The notes beneath the pieces are model-generated. The model made no database searches and had not been told where the DNA came from. It saw only the letters and a list, made by a program, of their open reading frames with translations. From the NCBI GenBank assembly GCA_963829055.1, contig CAWHHI010000010.1, positions 1 to 64,000 on the forward strand: a stretch of 64,000 nucleotides of DNA, in the 5' to 3' direction. Within the stretch, counting starts at the first letter, position 1. The number at the start of each line of letters is the position of its first letter. Positions 12,242 through 23,399 of this stretch are shown one piece after another. The translations under genes and the position numbers were made by a program. This DNA is from an uncultured Gemmatimonadaceae bacterium. Its GTDB lineage: Bacteria; Gemmatimonadota; Gemmatimonadetes; Gemmatimonadales; Gemmatimonadaceae.

Positions 12242-12377
12242 GTCATTCCGAGCGGAGCGGAGCCGTGTCATTCCGAGCGAGCGACCGAGTCGAGGAATCG
12301 AGACTCTGCCCGGTAGAGAGCCCTCTACCCGCACGATCGCGATTCCTCGACTGCGCTCGGCGCTCGCTCGGAATGAC
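12242..12377. repeat. GTCATTCCGAG REP-like palindrome with duplicated left end
   Basis: GTCATTCCGAGCG at 12242 and 12267, closing CGCTCGGAATGAC at 12365-12377. Confidence 0.9.
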
Positions 12378-12378
12378 A

Positions 12379-13526
12379 ATGCTCGCTCGCTGTCACCGCG
12401 TCCGCGCAGAAGCCCGAGCGCGACTACACCGTCCTCGTCGCGTCCGAGGCTGTCGACCTCATCACGCGCATCACGTTCGGGCCGGGCGCAGGGCCGACCA
12501 TGGCGAAGGTGGAGGAGACGACGAAGGTCGGCATGAACCCCATGGACCCCGACGGGCCCCACGGGCTCGGCCTCGCGCCTAACGGGCAGTTCTACTACGT
12601 CAGCACCGCGCACGGCGTGCCGTACGGCTACCTGTGGAAGATCGACGCGAAGACGAACGACGTGTTAGGCAACGTGGAGCTCGGCAACTTTCCGGCGACG
12701 CTGCAGGTGACGCCGGACGGCGGGTTCGTGTACGTCGTCAACTTCAACCTCCACGGCGAGATGGTGCCGTCGAGCGTGAGCGTCGTGAGCACCGACCCGT
12801 TCGTGGAAGTCGCGCGCATCGAGACGTGCACCATGCCACACGGCTCGCGACTCAACCCCGCGGGCACCAAGCACTACTCGGCCTGCATGATGGATGACAT
12901 GCTGGTCGAGATCGATACGAGAGAGTTGGCCGTTTCGCGTCACTTCATCTTGCGAAAGGGATGCAGAGCACGGGGTGACTGGCTCGCCGCGGGGAATCGG
13001 GAATCGGGAATCGGGAATCGCCACAAACGACGGGCACGGTGGACACGGAATGGAGGCGCCCAAACCCGGCGACGTTTCGTGCTCGCCGACCTGGGCACAA
13101 CCGTCCGCTGACGGGCGCAGCGTCTTCGTCGCCTGCAACAAGGCGAACGACATCGTCGAGATCGACGCCGCCTCGTGGACGATGAAGCGGCGCATCCCGG
13201 CCGGCGACGGCGTCTACAACCTCGCGGTCACGCACGACGGCAAGCTGCTCGTCGGCACGAACAAGCGCGGAAAGTCCGTCTCTGTCATCGACATCGCGTC
13301 GGGAAAGGAGCTCGCGCGCATCGCGACGCAGCGGCGCGTCGTCCACGGCGTCGCCGTCTCGAGCGACGACCGCTACGCGTTCATCTCCGTCGAAGGCGTC
13401 GGCTCCGAGCCCGGAACGGTCGAGATGATCGACCTGCGCACGCTCGCACGCGTGGCCAGCGCGGACGTCGGCCAGATGGCCGGCGGTATCGATGTGGTCG
13501 GACCACCCCCGCAGGCTCGACCCTAG
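12379..13526 (+). CDS. YncE/YVTN-type beta-propeller protein, frameshifted, start approximate
   Basis: GPHGLGLAPNG, FPATLQVTPDG, TCTMPHGSR, CSPTWAQPSADG, GVYNLAVTHDG and VVHGVAVSSDDRY repeats. Confidence 0.8.
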
Positions 13527-13888
13527 GTGGGCGACTAGTGGATTGCGCCATAGGGCCTGCCTCGCCTGCTAGCAACATCCCAAACGCGCTCCACCAGGTG
13601 GGTACGGACCGCGACGTGTTAACGCAGCCCTTCCTCGGTCGTCGAATGAACGAGTCCCCGGACGAGTTCTCGACCAAGCAAGGGTTGAATGGCATTGCTC
13701 GCATCAGCAATTCAACGCGCCAGGCGCGCACACCCGCTCATCACGCTTGGCATCGTGATGGGGGTGCTGCTGGCGGGATTACTTGCGCTTCCCTTCCTCG
13801 TCCGGACGCATCCTCAGGGATCGCCACGCTCCGTGACCATCGTCGGACCGGTCGGCCACTCCTGACCGTTCGCGGTGTAGCAGGAGGC

Positions 13889-14837
13889 ATGCTGAGAAGT
13901 CGTTTTTCGAGAATCGTCCCGGCCGTCGCCGCCACCATTCTCCTCGCCGCATCCTCGCTCGCCGCGCAGTCGCAGCCGACCCAATCCCTCTCGCCGAAGG
14001 CCAAGGCGCAGATCGATTCGGTACGACAGGCGGTGGCGCGGCTTCGCCGATCCCGTCGCCGCTGAGGACTCCGGGTATCAACCGGTGTTCGGACTCGTCC
14101 CCCTGCAGGGTGTGCACTACGTGCGGCCCGATCTCATCAAGGGCGGGAAGTTCGACCTGACCAAGCCGCCGGTGCTCATGTACGCGCCGGTCAACGGCAA
14201 GCCGACGCTCGTCGGCGTGGCCTACGCCTACGAACATCCGCGAACACAGCCAGTGCCCGAGGGCTTCGACGGGCCGGCCGATGACTGGCACGCGCACGAC
14301 GAGCTGTCTCGCGATCCGAACGAGCACATCGTGATGGTCCACCTCTGGCTCACGGACGCGCCGGGCGGTCCATTCGCGCGCTACAACCCGTATCTGCCGT
14401 ACATGGCGGCGTCGCTCAAGCGACCGTCGGCGTCAGAGCTCACCGCAATGACGGCTCGTGGGGAACGCGCCCGCCGGTTCGCGTTCGCGCTGGCCATCGC
14501 GACGCACCCGCCGCAACTGTTCGACGTGCTCGAGACGCGCGGTGGCCCGGAGCTTACGAAGGTCGCGTACCCGCACCGCCGAGCGCTCAGAGCCGCCGTC
14601 GACAGTCTCGAGATGGCCGAGAAACGTGGTGATTCGGCCATGTACGACCGACTGGTGACCACGACGCTCGCGCATTCCGACGCGCTGGTCGCGGCGTACC
14701 GCGGCACCGTGCGGTCGCCGCAGGCGCGCGAGTTCATCGACAAAGCGCTCGACGAGCTGATGGGGTTGGGTCATGAAGGGCACATGCAAATGCCCGGCAC
14801 GCAACCCGCCGAGCACACGCATCGCCCAGGCGGCTGA
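13889..14837 (+). CDS. Secreted hypothetical protein with several His-containing motifs, frameshift near 14040
   Basis: GGAGG RBS and signal peptide. QGVHY, P.LMY, LVGVAY, WHAH, MVHLW...GPFA.YNP; His-rich tail. Confidence 0.7.
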
Positions 14838-14918
14838 CGCGCGTTCCACATCGCCTTGCCCGATCGCGCGAACCGAGCGTACGCTTTCGAGGTCGAGCCA
14901 CGACGCAGAGAGCCGTAC

Positions 14919-15891
14919 ATGCAGCACACGTCGAAGAGTCCAAGACCGCCCGCGAAACGGCGGCGGCGCAAAGTCATCGCCCTGATTGGCGCCGCGATGG
15001 CGCTCCTGATCGCCGGGACCGCGGCCAACCTGCTTCGCGACCCACTTCCACATTTCCTCGCGCGCCGCTCTGCGCTCCAGTCGGCCGTGGAAGGCGAGCA
15101 GATCATCGACCGCGGCTACGTCCTGACGCCGGTGCGCGTCACGGCAACCAGCGGGCTCGCCGTGGACCTCATGCTGCGACGCGCCGTCGCCGATAGCGTT
15201 GGGAAGCTTCCGCTCGCCGTTGTCCTCGGCGGCCACTACACGGGGCGGAAGGCCGCGGAGCGTCTCGGCGACGCGCCAGGTGTGCTCATTGCCGCGCTCT
15301 CATACCCGTATACCGGCGACCCGCGGCCCGATGCGGTCACGTTCGTCGGCGACATCCCGAAGATTCGCGGCGCATTCCTCGACACTCCGCCCGCGATCAT
15401 GCTGGCGCTCGATTATCTGTCGAAGCGTCCCGAGGTCGACCCGACTCGCATTGAAGCGATCGGCGTGAGCCTCGGGGTGCCATTCATCACGATCGCCGGC
15501 GCGCTCGATACGAGATTCACACGCGTCTGGGCGCTGCACGGATCGGGTGGGTCGTACGTCCCGCTCGAGGCGAACATGAAGCGCAACATCCCGTTCGCTC
15601 CGCTGCGCGCCATTGCCGCCGGGATCTCGACGGTGATCATCAATGGCCCTCGTCTCGATCCCGTGCGGTGGGCAGGGCGCATTGCTCCGCGGCCGTTCGT
15701 CATGGTCAACGCCAGCGGACGATGAGCGGTTGCCGCGGTCAGCGGTCGACGCACTCTATCGCAGCGCACACGAGCCCAAGGAGCTCATGTGGATGTCCGG
15801 CGGCCACATCCACTCGGACCGCGAGACGATCCAGAAGCTCGTGACCATCGTGATGGGCCGCATGCGCGGAGACAGCGCGGTGAGGCCCTAA
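14919..15891 (+). CDS. Alpha/beta hydrolase family protein, frameshift near 15720
   Basis: RPEVDPTRIEAIGVSLG nucleophile elbow, APRP..MVN..DDE, EPKEL.W..GGH. Confidence 0.8.
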
Positions 15892-15952
15892 CCTGGAGTT
15901 GGACGAGGGGCGGCACGCGTGCCGCCCCTCGTCGCTCTCCAGTCACCCCAGC

Positions 15953-17308
15953 CTACCGTTGCCGCAGACCCGGCGTCCGCCCCCGCAGCGGGCGGGTGCC
16001 TAACGTTAGCGCCTTCGGCCGCGACGCAACTCGGCTTGGCAATACCTGGCCGTGCGCATGGCTGGAGACTGGCGTCGCCAGGAAGGCGTGCAACTCGAAG
16101 TCGTCCGTGAGGCCGAGGCCCACGATCTGGCCTCCGTCGTTCATCGCGAGCGCGTTGAGCAGGTACATCTTCGGATCGCCGACGACGAGCTTGTTGAGGT
16201 CCATCATCACGCCGTTCTGCCACAGGAAGGCACGGGCGGGAACGTCAGGACCAGGCTTACACACCGGCGTCTCCGGGCAGGACATACCGACCACCTGGCC
16301 TCGGTTGTTGATCCAATTAGCGACGCTGCCGGCGTCATCCTCTACGGCGCCAAGGCTCTGCATTCCCGCGCGCCGGGTCCACAGGAAAGCGTGGAGCGCC
16401 GTCGCGCCTGATACCCCGACGGCCTCGCCGCGGTTGTTGATGGAAAAGGCAGTGCTGATCGTATTGGTGCTGCCCGGCACGTCCAGCGGAATCGCGACGT
16501 TGTGCTCCCAGAGCACGGCGTGCGGTCCGGCCAGAAGCCCCGACCCCATGACCGACGTGGTCGCGCAGGATCCCGTGGAGCCCACGACCTGGTCGTGGTC
16601 ATTGATGCCGTAAGAGAAACCGACCTCGTCGCCCTCGGGTAACGGGAGGACCTGGATCTCGTTAGGCTTCGGCCCCCAGACGACGGGCACGAACCGATGC
16701 ACCTGGAATGGTGTGGCCTCGGCGCAGCTCGGATCCCGGACAGCGGTCTCCGCGAGGCCGACTACCTGGCCGCGATCGTTGAGATTGACCGCTACAGAAT
16801 TGAGGCCGCGCGGCTCTGGGAGTTTCGCCAGCTCCGCCCACTCACCGTGCCGCCAATAGGCGGCCACACAGATGCGGTGCGTGCCGTAGCCGCAGAGATC
16901 CTGATTGTCCGGGTCCGCTTGGGGCAGCTCGGCCAGGGCTGCCATCTCGTCGCGGTTGTTGGGTCCGATAGCGAGGATGTTCCCGCCCAAAGAACCGAGG
17001 TCTGTCAGCGGGCCACCCGTCCAGAGGAAGGCACGCGCGATCTCCTCGGCGGTGTTCGAGCTGCCGCCGACGTGGCCGGCGTCGTTCACGCCGAGTGCGA
17101 CGCTGAAGAACCCGCCGAACGTGGGGAGGTCGGTGATTTCGTAGGCCGGCAGCTCGTCTGACCCGGAGCCCGCGAGCGATGCCTCAGGGGCGCGGGGATC
17201 GGGCGGCCCGGCGGTCGGTGCGTCGGCGCATGCCGTTATCACCGTCATCACGGTGGCGGCGGCGAGTGCCGTGAGGGCGTGCCGTCTGCTGCGAGCGCGT
17301 CTGGTCAT
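15953..17308 (-). CDS. HAF-repeat extracellular lipoprotein
   Basis: GGAGGA RBS, lipobox-like ITAC, repeated S.A..IN..GQVVG...HAFLW...M.DL units. Confidence 0.85.
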   Translation of the reverse strand: MTRRARSRRHALTALAAATVMTVITACADAPTAGPPDPRAPEASLAGSGSDELPAYEITDLPTFGGFFSVALGVNDAGHVGGSSNTAEEIARAFLWTGGPLTDLGSLGGNILAIGPNNRDEMAALAELPQADPDNQDLCGYGTHRICVAAYWRHGEWAELAKLPEPRGLNSVAVNLNDRGQVVGLAETAVRDPSCAEATPFQVHRFVPVVWGPKPNEIQVLPLPEGDEVGFSYGINDHDQVVGSTGSCATTSVMGSGLLAGPHAVLWEHNVAIPLDVPGSTNTISTAFSINNRGEAVGVSGATALHAFLWTRRAGMQSLGAVEDDAGSVANWINNRGQVVGMSCPETPVCKPGPDVPARAFLWQNGVMMDLNKLVVGDPKMYLLNALAMNDGGQIVGLGLTDDFELHAFLATPVSSHAHGQVLPSRVASRPKALTLGTRPLRGRTPGLRQR

Positions 17309-17412
17309 GCGATCCTCCTCCGGTTTGGTGGTAGCAGGCGACGCGTCGCGACCCGGCGTGTTGCCGGGCGCGTCGTCGTGGCCTACTTTCGGCTCGTGTC
17401 GGTTCAGCGGCG

Positions 17413-17461
17413 TGTGTTGCCGCACGAGCAGACGCGCGAGTCGGGCGCAGAACCCGCCACG
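17413..17461 (-). promoter_or_regulatory. Candidate ECF promoter GTGGCG-N18-CGCGTC, copy 1
   Basis: Conserved with 30883-30931, at the equivalent position of the second ECF-STK module. Confidence 0.65.
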
Positions 17462-17479
17462 TCTGCACCGCGAGCGTCC

Positions 17480-18091
17480 ATGCCCACCGAGCCGCAATAC
17501 CAGGCGCGACCCCAGGACGAGGAGCAGGAGGTCGCCGCGGCGCTCGCGGCGCTGCGCAACGGTGCCGCGGACGCGATGGATCGTCTGTTGCCGCTGGTGT
17601 ACGGCGAGCTTCGCCGCATTGCCCACCGCCAGCTCGGCGCCGAGCGCGGCGGTCACACGCTCTCGACCACCGCCGTCGTCCATGAGGCGTACCTGCGGCT
17701 GGCCGGCCAGCGGGATGAAGCCTGGGCCGACCGCGCGCACTTCTTCGCACTCGCCGCGCGCGTGATGCGCCGCGTGCTCACCGACTACGCACGCCGCCAC
17801 CGGGCCGCGCGGCGTGGTGGCCCAGATGCGGGTCGCGTGGCACTCGAGGAAGCCGACGCCGCCGGCGTCCTCGTCGCCGCAGAACGCGCCGCCGAGTTGC
17901 TCGCGCTCGACGAGGCGCTCGACCGCCTAACGCTAGCGGACGAGCGACTCGCACAGGTGGTCGAGTGCCGGGTCTACGGCGGGCTCTCCGCTGCCGAGAC
18001 CGCGGAGGCGCTCGGCAGTTCTTTGCGCACCATCGAGCGCGAGTGGGCGCTCGCGAAGGGATGGCTGTACCAGGAGCTGCGCGATGCCTAA
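17480..18091 (+). CDS. ECF sigma factor, kinase-associated (TIGR02999-like)
   Basis: LLPLVYGELRRIAHRQL, HTLSTTAVVHEAYLRL, DRAHFFALAARVMRRVL, VECRVYGGLS, REWALAKGWL. Confidence 0.92.
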   Translation: MPTEPQYQARPQDEEQEVAAALAALRNGAADAMDRLLPLVYGELRRIAHRQLGAERGGHTLSTTAVVHEAYLRLAGQRDEAWADRAHFFALAARVMRRVLTDYARRHRAARRGGPDAGRVALEEADAAGVLVAAERAAELLALDEALDRLTLADERLAQVVECRVYGGLSAAETAEALGSSLRTIEREWALAKGWLYQELRDA

Positions 18092-20838
18092 CGGCGAGCG
18101 CCCGACACTCCGACCGCGCACGGGCCGCGGCCGGCATCGCGGCGCCCGACGCCGGGGCGGGTGACGGGTCGGAGCGCTGGCGCGCAGTGCGCGCGTTGGT
18201 CGACGCCGCGCTCGAACTACCCGTGTCGGCGCGCGGCGCCTTCCTCGAGCGTGCGGGCGGAGATACGGCCGTGCGCGCAGACGCTGCGCGGTGGCTCGCT
18301 GCGTGCGAGCGCGCTGAGTCCGCGGGCGACTTCCTCGCGCAGCCCGCCGCGGAACGGGCCGCGGCCCTGTTCCCCGCCGAGCCGGCATCCGGCACATCGC
18401 CGGACGGCGAGGCGGCGACACTCGCCACGCTACGCCACGCACTGAGCGGCGCGTACGAGGTCGAGCGGGAGCTCGGGCGCGGTGGCATGGCGACCGTCTA
18501 TCTCGCGCGCGACCTGCGCCACCGCCGCCGCGTGGCCGTGAAGGTCGTACGCCCGGAGCTGACCGCCGACCTCGGCGCGGGGCGATTTCTCCGCGAGATC
18601 GCCGTCACCGCCGAGCTCCAGCACCCGCACATCCTCCCGCTCTTCGACTCCGGCGAGGCCGGTGGGATGCCTTACTACGCTATGCCGTACGTCGAGGGCG
18701 AGACGCTCCGGGCGCGCCTCACGCGCGAGGGGGCGCTCCCGCTCGCGGACGCGATGCGCCTGGTGCGCGAGCTCGCCGACGCGCTCGGGTACGCGCACGG
18801 CCGGGGTATCGTGCACCGGGACCTCAAGCCGGAGAACGTGCTGCTGTCCGGCGGGCACGCCGTGGTCGCCGACTTCGGCATTGCCAAGGCGCTCGCCGCC
18901 GCCACACAGAACGCTGCGTCGCCTAACGCGAATCTCACCGCCACCGGCGTCGCGATCGGGACGCCGGCGTACATGGCACCCGAGCAAGCCGTGGGCGACG
19001 CGACGACGGATCATCGCGCGGACCTCTACGCGCTCGGCGTCATCGCGTACGAGATGCTCGCCGGCGGACACCCGTTCGGCGGTCGGACGGCTCGAGCGGT
19101 TGCCGCAGCGCATCTCACCGAGGCGCCCGCGCCGCTGGTGGATCGCCGCCCCGATGTGCCGGCGGCGCTCGCGGACGTCGTCATGCGTTTGTTGGCGAAG
19201 GACCCGGCCGCACGCCCCGAGAGCGCAGCGCAGGTCGTGCAAGCGCTGGACGGTGTCACCACGGGAGCGGTTGCGCCCACACGGTTTCACGTCGTGAGCC
19301 CGGGACGACGCATGATCATTGTGGCGGCGGCGGTGGTCGCCCTGGTCGTCGCGGCAATCGGGCTCTCACGGTTCTCTCGTCGCGGTGCCGCAGCAAACGC
19401 TGAGTCGATTCGCTCGATCGCCGTGCTGCCGTTCGATAACACGAGCAAGGACACCGCGTTCGATTATCTCGAAGACGGCATCACCGATCAGGTGCGCGAC
19501 GCCTTGAACGCGATTCCCGGGCTCACGGTCAAGGCGCGCAGCTCCTCGCGGCGGCTCAAGGGACAGGGCGCGCGCGAAGTCGGCAAACAGCTCGCCGCCG
19601 CGGCGGTGCTGCAAGGCGCGCTGAGTCGGTCGAGCGGCCGGCTCCATGTCACGGCGGAGCTCGTGCGGGCCGACGACGACGGCGTGCTGTGGAGCGCGAC
19701 GTTCGATGTGGCGCCCGGGTCTCTCCCGGGCGTCCAGGACACGATCATCCGGGCCGTTACCGAGCGCGTGAGCGTCGCCCGCGGAAGCCTGGACGTCCAA
19801 CAGCGCTCGGCGAATACGCGAGGCACGACTAACACCGAGGCCTACTATCTCTACCTCAGAGGAAACCACGCCGCCGACGCCTTCGCGTGGGACAAAGCGA
19901 GTGCGCTCTACCGTCAGGCGGTTGCGCTCGACCCGCGGTTTGCCCGCGCCTATGGCGCGCTCGCGAACTCGTACTCGATGGAGCCGGTGCTCGGGCGAGC
20001 GTCCCCGGACTCGGTGACGCGATTGGCCCGGGCAACGGCCGCCAGCGCGATTGCACTCGACCCGACCGTCGCCGAGGCGCATGTCGCCGAAGGCAACGCG
20101 CTCCTGAACGAAATGAAATTGGTCGAGGCCCGCCGGGCGTTCGAACGGGCGTACACAGCGGACTCGAACAATACCGATGTCGTTTGGCCGTATGGTGCCG
20201 CTCTCTACGCCGTAGGCGACGTCGAAGCAGGCCTCGCCGTTCTGCGACGTGGGCGGGAGAGAGACCCTCTGTCCGGGACGGTCATCGGACTTCTCGGCTA
20301 TGGCCTAACGATGCGCAGGCAATACGACTCGGCGCTGGTCGTCACACGCCTCGCCGCCGAGCTCCAGCCGGAGCAGCCGATCATCCACCAGTCGCTCGGG
20401 TTCATTTACGCATTCAAGCACGCGCCCGACAGCGCCCTTGCCGAATTCGAGACTGCCTTCAGGCTCGACTCGCTCGCCTTTGGCGGGCGATCGTACCTCA
20501 TGCTCGGCTACGCGGTGGCGGGGCGATGGCGAGACGCCGACCGCGAGCGCGCGATCGTCGAGCGCCGACCCCTGGGAAACTCCCCCCACTTCTTGCGCAT
20601 GGTGGTGCATCTCGTTTACGCGGAGAACGACGCCGCGATGACCGAGATGGAACGCGGAATCGCTCAGCGCGAGACGCAGTTCGGCGTGCCGAGCCTTCCG
20701 TGCGATGCCCTGTTCGACCCGCTCAAGTCCCAGCCACGATTCCACCAGCTCATGCGGCGGCTTGGCCTTCGCGTCTGTCCGGCGACTGGCGATTGGCCGA
20801 TCAGCGCACCGAAGCGCCCGCGAGCCGACGCGCAATGA
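18084..20838 (+). CDS. Membrane Ser/Thr protein kinase with TolB-N-like and TPR region, start uncertain
   Basis: LGRGGMATVY, VAVK, HRDLKPEN, DFG, GTPAYMAPEQ. TM segment, SIAVLPFDN, then TPR-like helices. The ATG at 18084 overlaps the sigma stop but is out of frame with the long ORF. Confidence 0.9.
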
Positions 20839-20869
20839 CGACGCCTGAGCGACACTGCACAAAGCGTCG

Positions 20870-22165
20870 TCACAGTGTCTTGAGGTACTCCACCAGATCT
20901 GCCTTCTGCTGCGTGGTCAAGTTGAGACCAAGCAGTTGTACGTAGTGCGCCACCACTGCCTCCAGGGTCTTCGCGTTCCCATCGTGGAAGTAGGGCCCGA
21001 CGAGCTGCGGTGGATGCCAGAGCCCGCGGAGTGGCGTCGTGCGGTACCGCTTCGTCGCGCTCCGCAGTGCGTATGCGGGATCCTGCCCTACCTCAGCCGC
21101 CGTGTGGAGTCTGTTGGCATTCACGTCAGTGAGTGCATTGCCGAGATGGCAGCTCGTGCACCGGGCGACTCCGTTGAATACCATCCGCCCGCGTTTGGCG
21201 GCCATCCCAGCAGAGTGTTCCGCGAGCGGCTCGGGAGTTTCGAGGCTGAACTGGTAGGCCCGAAGTGGGTCGAGCTTGGCTGACACGAGATCCGGCGGGT
21301 TCGTCACGTTCACGCCGATGCGCGGGTCGGCGAAATGGCCATGGCCGTGCATCTGCGTGATCGCGACGTACGCGTTCCAGTATGAAACAACGCCGTCGCC
21401 GGTGTAGATCTCCCGCTTCACGTGACGAAGGCCGAACGCTGGCGGAAGCACCACTGGTATGTTCTTGCCGTCGATGTTGAAACGCGGATCGTATTTCCCC
21501 GGACCCCAGGAGTTGTAGACGGCTTTCTGGTCCGCGTTAGGTGTCGGGGAGAGCGCGACGATCGCGCCGACGTTCAACGTGCGGTTCGGCCAGCCGTCGA
21601 GTCGCGACCCGATCCCAGGGGCAAACGAGTTGTCGACGGTGGAATGGCACAGGGCGCAGGTGATCCCGACGCGCGTCAACGTGTTGCTCGCATCGACCTG
21701 ACCGACGACCCCGACCACCGCGCCGAGCTTGAGAAGAGCGACCGTGGTGGCGGGGGCGTCGAGGTCGATCGTTTTGTTCGCGATGCCTGCCTTTACGTCG
21801 GGCGGGAGGGCGTCGGCGTCGACCTTGAGTCCGACAGCGAGCGCCGTCTTCGGGCTCACCGACGTACGGATCACCTCGTGCATCCGCAACGTATCCGTCC
21901 AGAACGTCTCGTCGCCGAACGTGTCGAATCGGAAGATCGTTCTGCCCTGAGAGACGAGTGCCGGATTGGCTGCCTCAGTCGCGGCCAGCGCAGGTTGGGC
22001 TGCCGTGGGCGAGACTACATTGGGGCTGTTTGCCTCGTCGCACGCGGCTACGCTGAGGGCGGCGAGAGCACCGAGCGCAAATCGCAGAGGCTGGATCCGG
22101 GCTGGATGCTTCCGAATCGCGGGTCCGCGTTCGGTGAGGATGGAAGCGCACTTGCTACGTTGCAT
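20870..22165 (-). CDS. Diheme c-type cytochrome lipoprotein (CcP/MauG-like C-terminus)
   Basis: Lipobox VAAC. Two CxxCH motifs (CALCH, CTSCH); YRTTPLRGLW..PYFHDG..TLE.VV.HY. Confidence 0.8.
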   Translation of the reverse strand: MQRSKCASILTERGPAIRKHPARIQPLRFALGALAALSVAACDEANSPNVVSPTAAQPALAATEAANPALVSQGRTIFRFDTFGDETFWTDTLRMHEVIRTSVSPKTALAVGLKVDADALPPDVKAGIANKTIDLDAPATTVALLKLGAVVGVVGQVDASNTLTRVGITCALCHSTVDNSFAPGIGSRLDGWPNRTLNVGAIVALSPTPNADQKAVYNSWGPGKYDPRFNIDGKNIPVVLPPAFGLRHVKREIYTGDGVVSYWNAYVAITQMHGHGHFADPRIGVNVTNPPDLVSAKLDPLRAYQFSLETPEPLAEHSAGMAAKRGRMVFNGVARCTSCHLGNALTDVNANRLHTAAEVGQDPAYALRSATKRYRTTPLRGLWHPPQLVGPYFHDGNAKTLEAVVAHYVQLLGLNLTTQQKADLVEYLKTL

Positions 22166-22212
22166 TGGGGGATCCTCCGTTCCTGCGCTCTCGGTTCGGC
22201 ATTGTGAAGATT

Positions 22213-22230
22213 TTGCATGTATTTATGCAA
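22213..22230. promoter_or_regulatory. Candidate operator TTGCAT-N6-ATGCAA
   Basis: Perfect IR in the AT-rich divergent spacer between the cytochrome and the regulator. Confidence 0.6.
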
Positions 22231-22273
22231 TAACTAATCCCGTCGAGTCGCTGACGATCGAATTGCAAAGGGA

Positions 22274-22912
22274 GTGTCGATGGGGAGTGAGCCGGTAAAG
22301 ACGGGGTCGATGGCGGGGACGCGGGGGCGGATCATCGACCTCATCCGTCGTTCGCCGGCTACGGTGACTGAGATCGCCACACGGCTCGAGCTGACGTACA
22401 ACGCGGTTCGGGGGCACCTCACGGCGCTCGAGCGGGACGGACTGGTGCGCTCGAGTGGGCTCAGGCGCGCCGGGACGCGACCGTCGGCCGTGTACGAGCT
22501 GGCGCCCGGCGTGGACGACGCCCTGTCGCGCGCGTACATGCCGTTCGCCTCGCATCTCGTTCGCGCCTTGAGCGAGCGTTTTCCGGAGCACGAGCTCGAC
22601 GAGGTGATGCGCGACGTGGGGCATCGGCTGGCAGCCGAGTGGCCGCGGTCCAGTGGCACGCTCGCGCAGCGTGTCGACAGCGCGTCCGCGCTCCTTCAGG
22701 AGCTTGGCGCGCCTAACGAGGTGGAACGATCAGACGGAACGATGCGTATCCGCGGATTCGGCTGCCTCCTCGCCGCCGCGGTCCACGGGAAACCGCAGGT
22801 CTGCCGCGCGATGGAGGCGCTCCTGGCCGAGTTTCTCGAAACGCCGGTTCGCGAGTGTTGCGAGCGCAACGAGCGGCCGAGGTGCTGCTTCGAAATCACG
22901 CTGGCGAGCTGA
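22274..22912 (+). CDS. Winged-HTH (ArsR/SufR-like) regulator with Cys-rich C-terminus
   Basis: TR.RII.L...TV.EIA..L.LT.NAVR.HL..LE.DGLV; C-terminal GC, VC, ECC and RCCF. Confidence 0.85.
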   Translation: MSMGSEPVKTGSMAGTRGRIIDLIRRSPATVTEIATRLELTYNAVRGHLTALERDGLVRSSGLRRAGTRPSAVYELAPGVDDALSRAYMPFASHLVRALSERFPEHELDEVMRDVGHRLAAEWPRSSGTLAQRVDSASALLQELGAPNEVERSDGTMRIRGFGCLLAAAVHGKPQVCRAMEALLAEFLETPVRECCERNERPRCCFEITLAS

Positions 22913-22937
22913 CGACGCCCTGCTCGCGTGCCTAACG

Positions 22938-23336
22938 TTACTGCGCCAGCGCGTACTCGAACACGTACGAGTGCTTGCCGTTCACGATCTCGATGGACAT
23001 CGTGCCCGTCAGGCCGGTGAGCTCGCCAGTTCCGGAATCGGGAACGACGGTGATCGTGAGCGAGGCCGTTCCGCGGTTCATGACGCCGGTGTGATGCAGC
23101 GCGAACGTGCCTGTCTTGCCATGCAGCGTTCCCGAGACCCGTTCGACGGCGACATAGACGGCCGTGTTCTTGATGGCGGTGCCGACGGTGAGCATCTCGC
23201 CCTTGCTCGTGGCCTCGAGGTCGCCGTGGAACTGCTTGTCGATCGTCATCCTGCCTAACGGCGACCCCTCGGCCGGCGTGTCGCCGGCCTGCGGCGTGAG
23301 CTTGACGTCGAACGGTCCGGTGGCGCGAGTGGTCAC
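22938..23336 (-). CDS. DUF3224 family protein
   Basis: ATGPFDVK, K.FHGDLEATS.GEML, YVAVE.V.G.L.G..G.F.L.H, VVPDSGTGEL.GL.G. Confidence 0.9.
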   Translation of the reverse strand: MTTRATGPFDVKLTPQAGDTPAEGSPLGRMTIDKQFHGDLEATSKGEMLTVGTAIKNTAVYVAVERVSGTLHGKTGTFALHHTGVMNRGTASLTITVVPDSGTGELTGLTGTMSIEIVNGKHSYVFEYALAQ

Positions 23337-23399
23337 GATTGGCTCTGCGGTAGTGGATGGCGAGGCTGGTACGGAAGGGACAGCATCTCAGGACGTAGT

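Noticed and set aside
13527..13888. Atypical 360-bp intergenic stretch read as an sRNA or gene remnant
   Set aside because: No convincing structure, repeat or coding motif was recognised.
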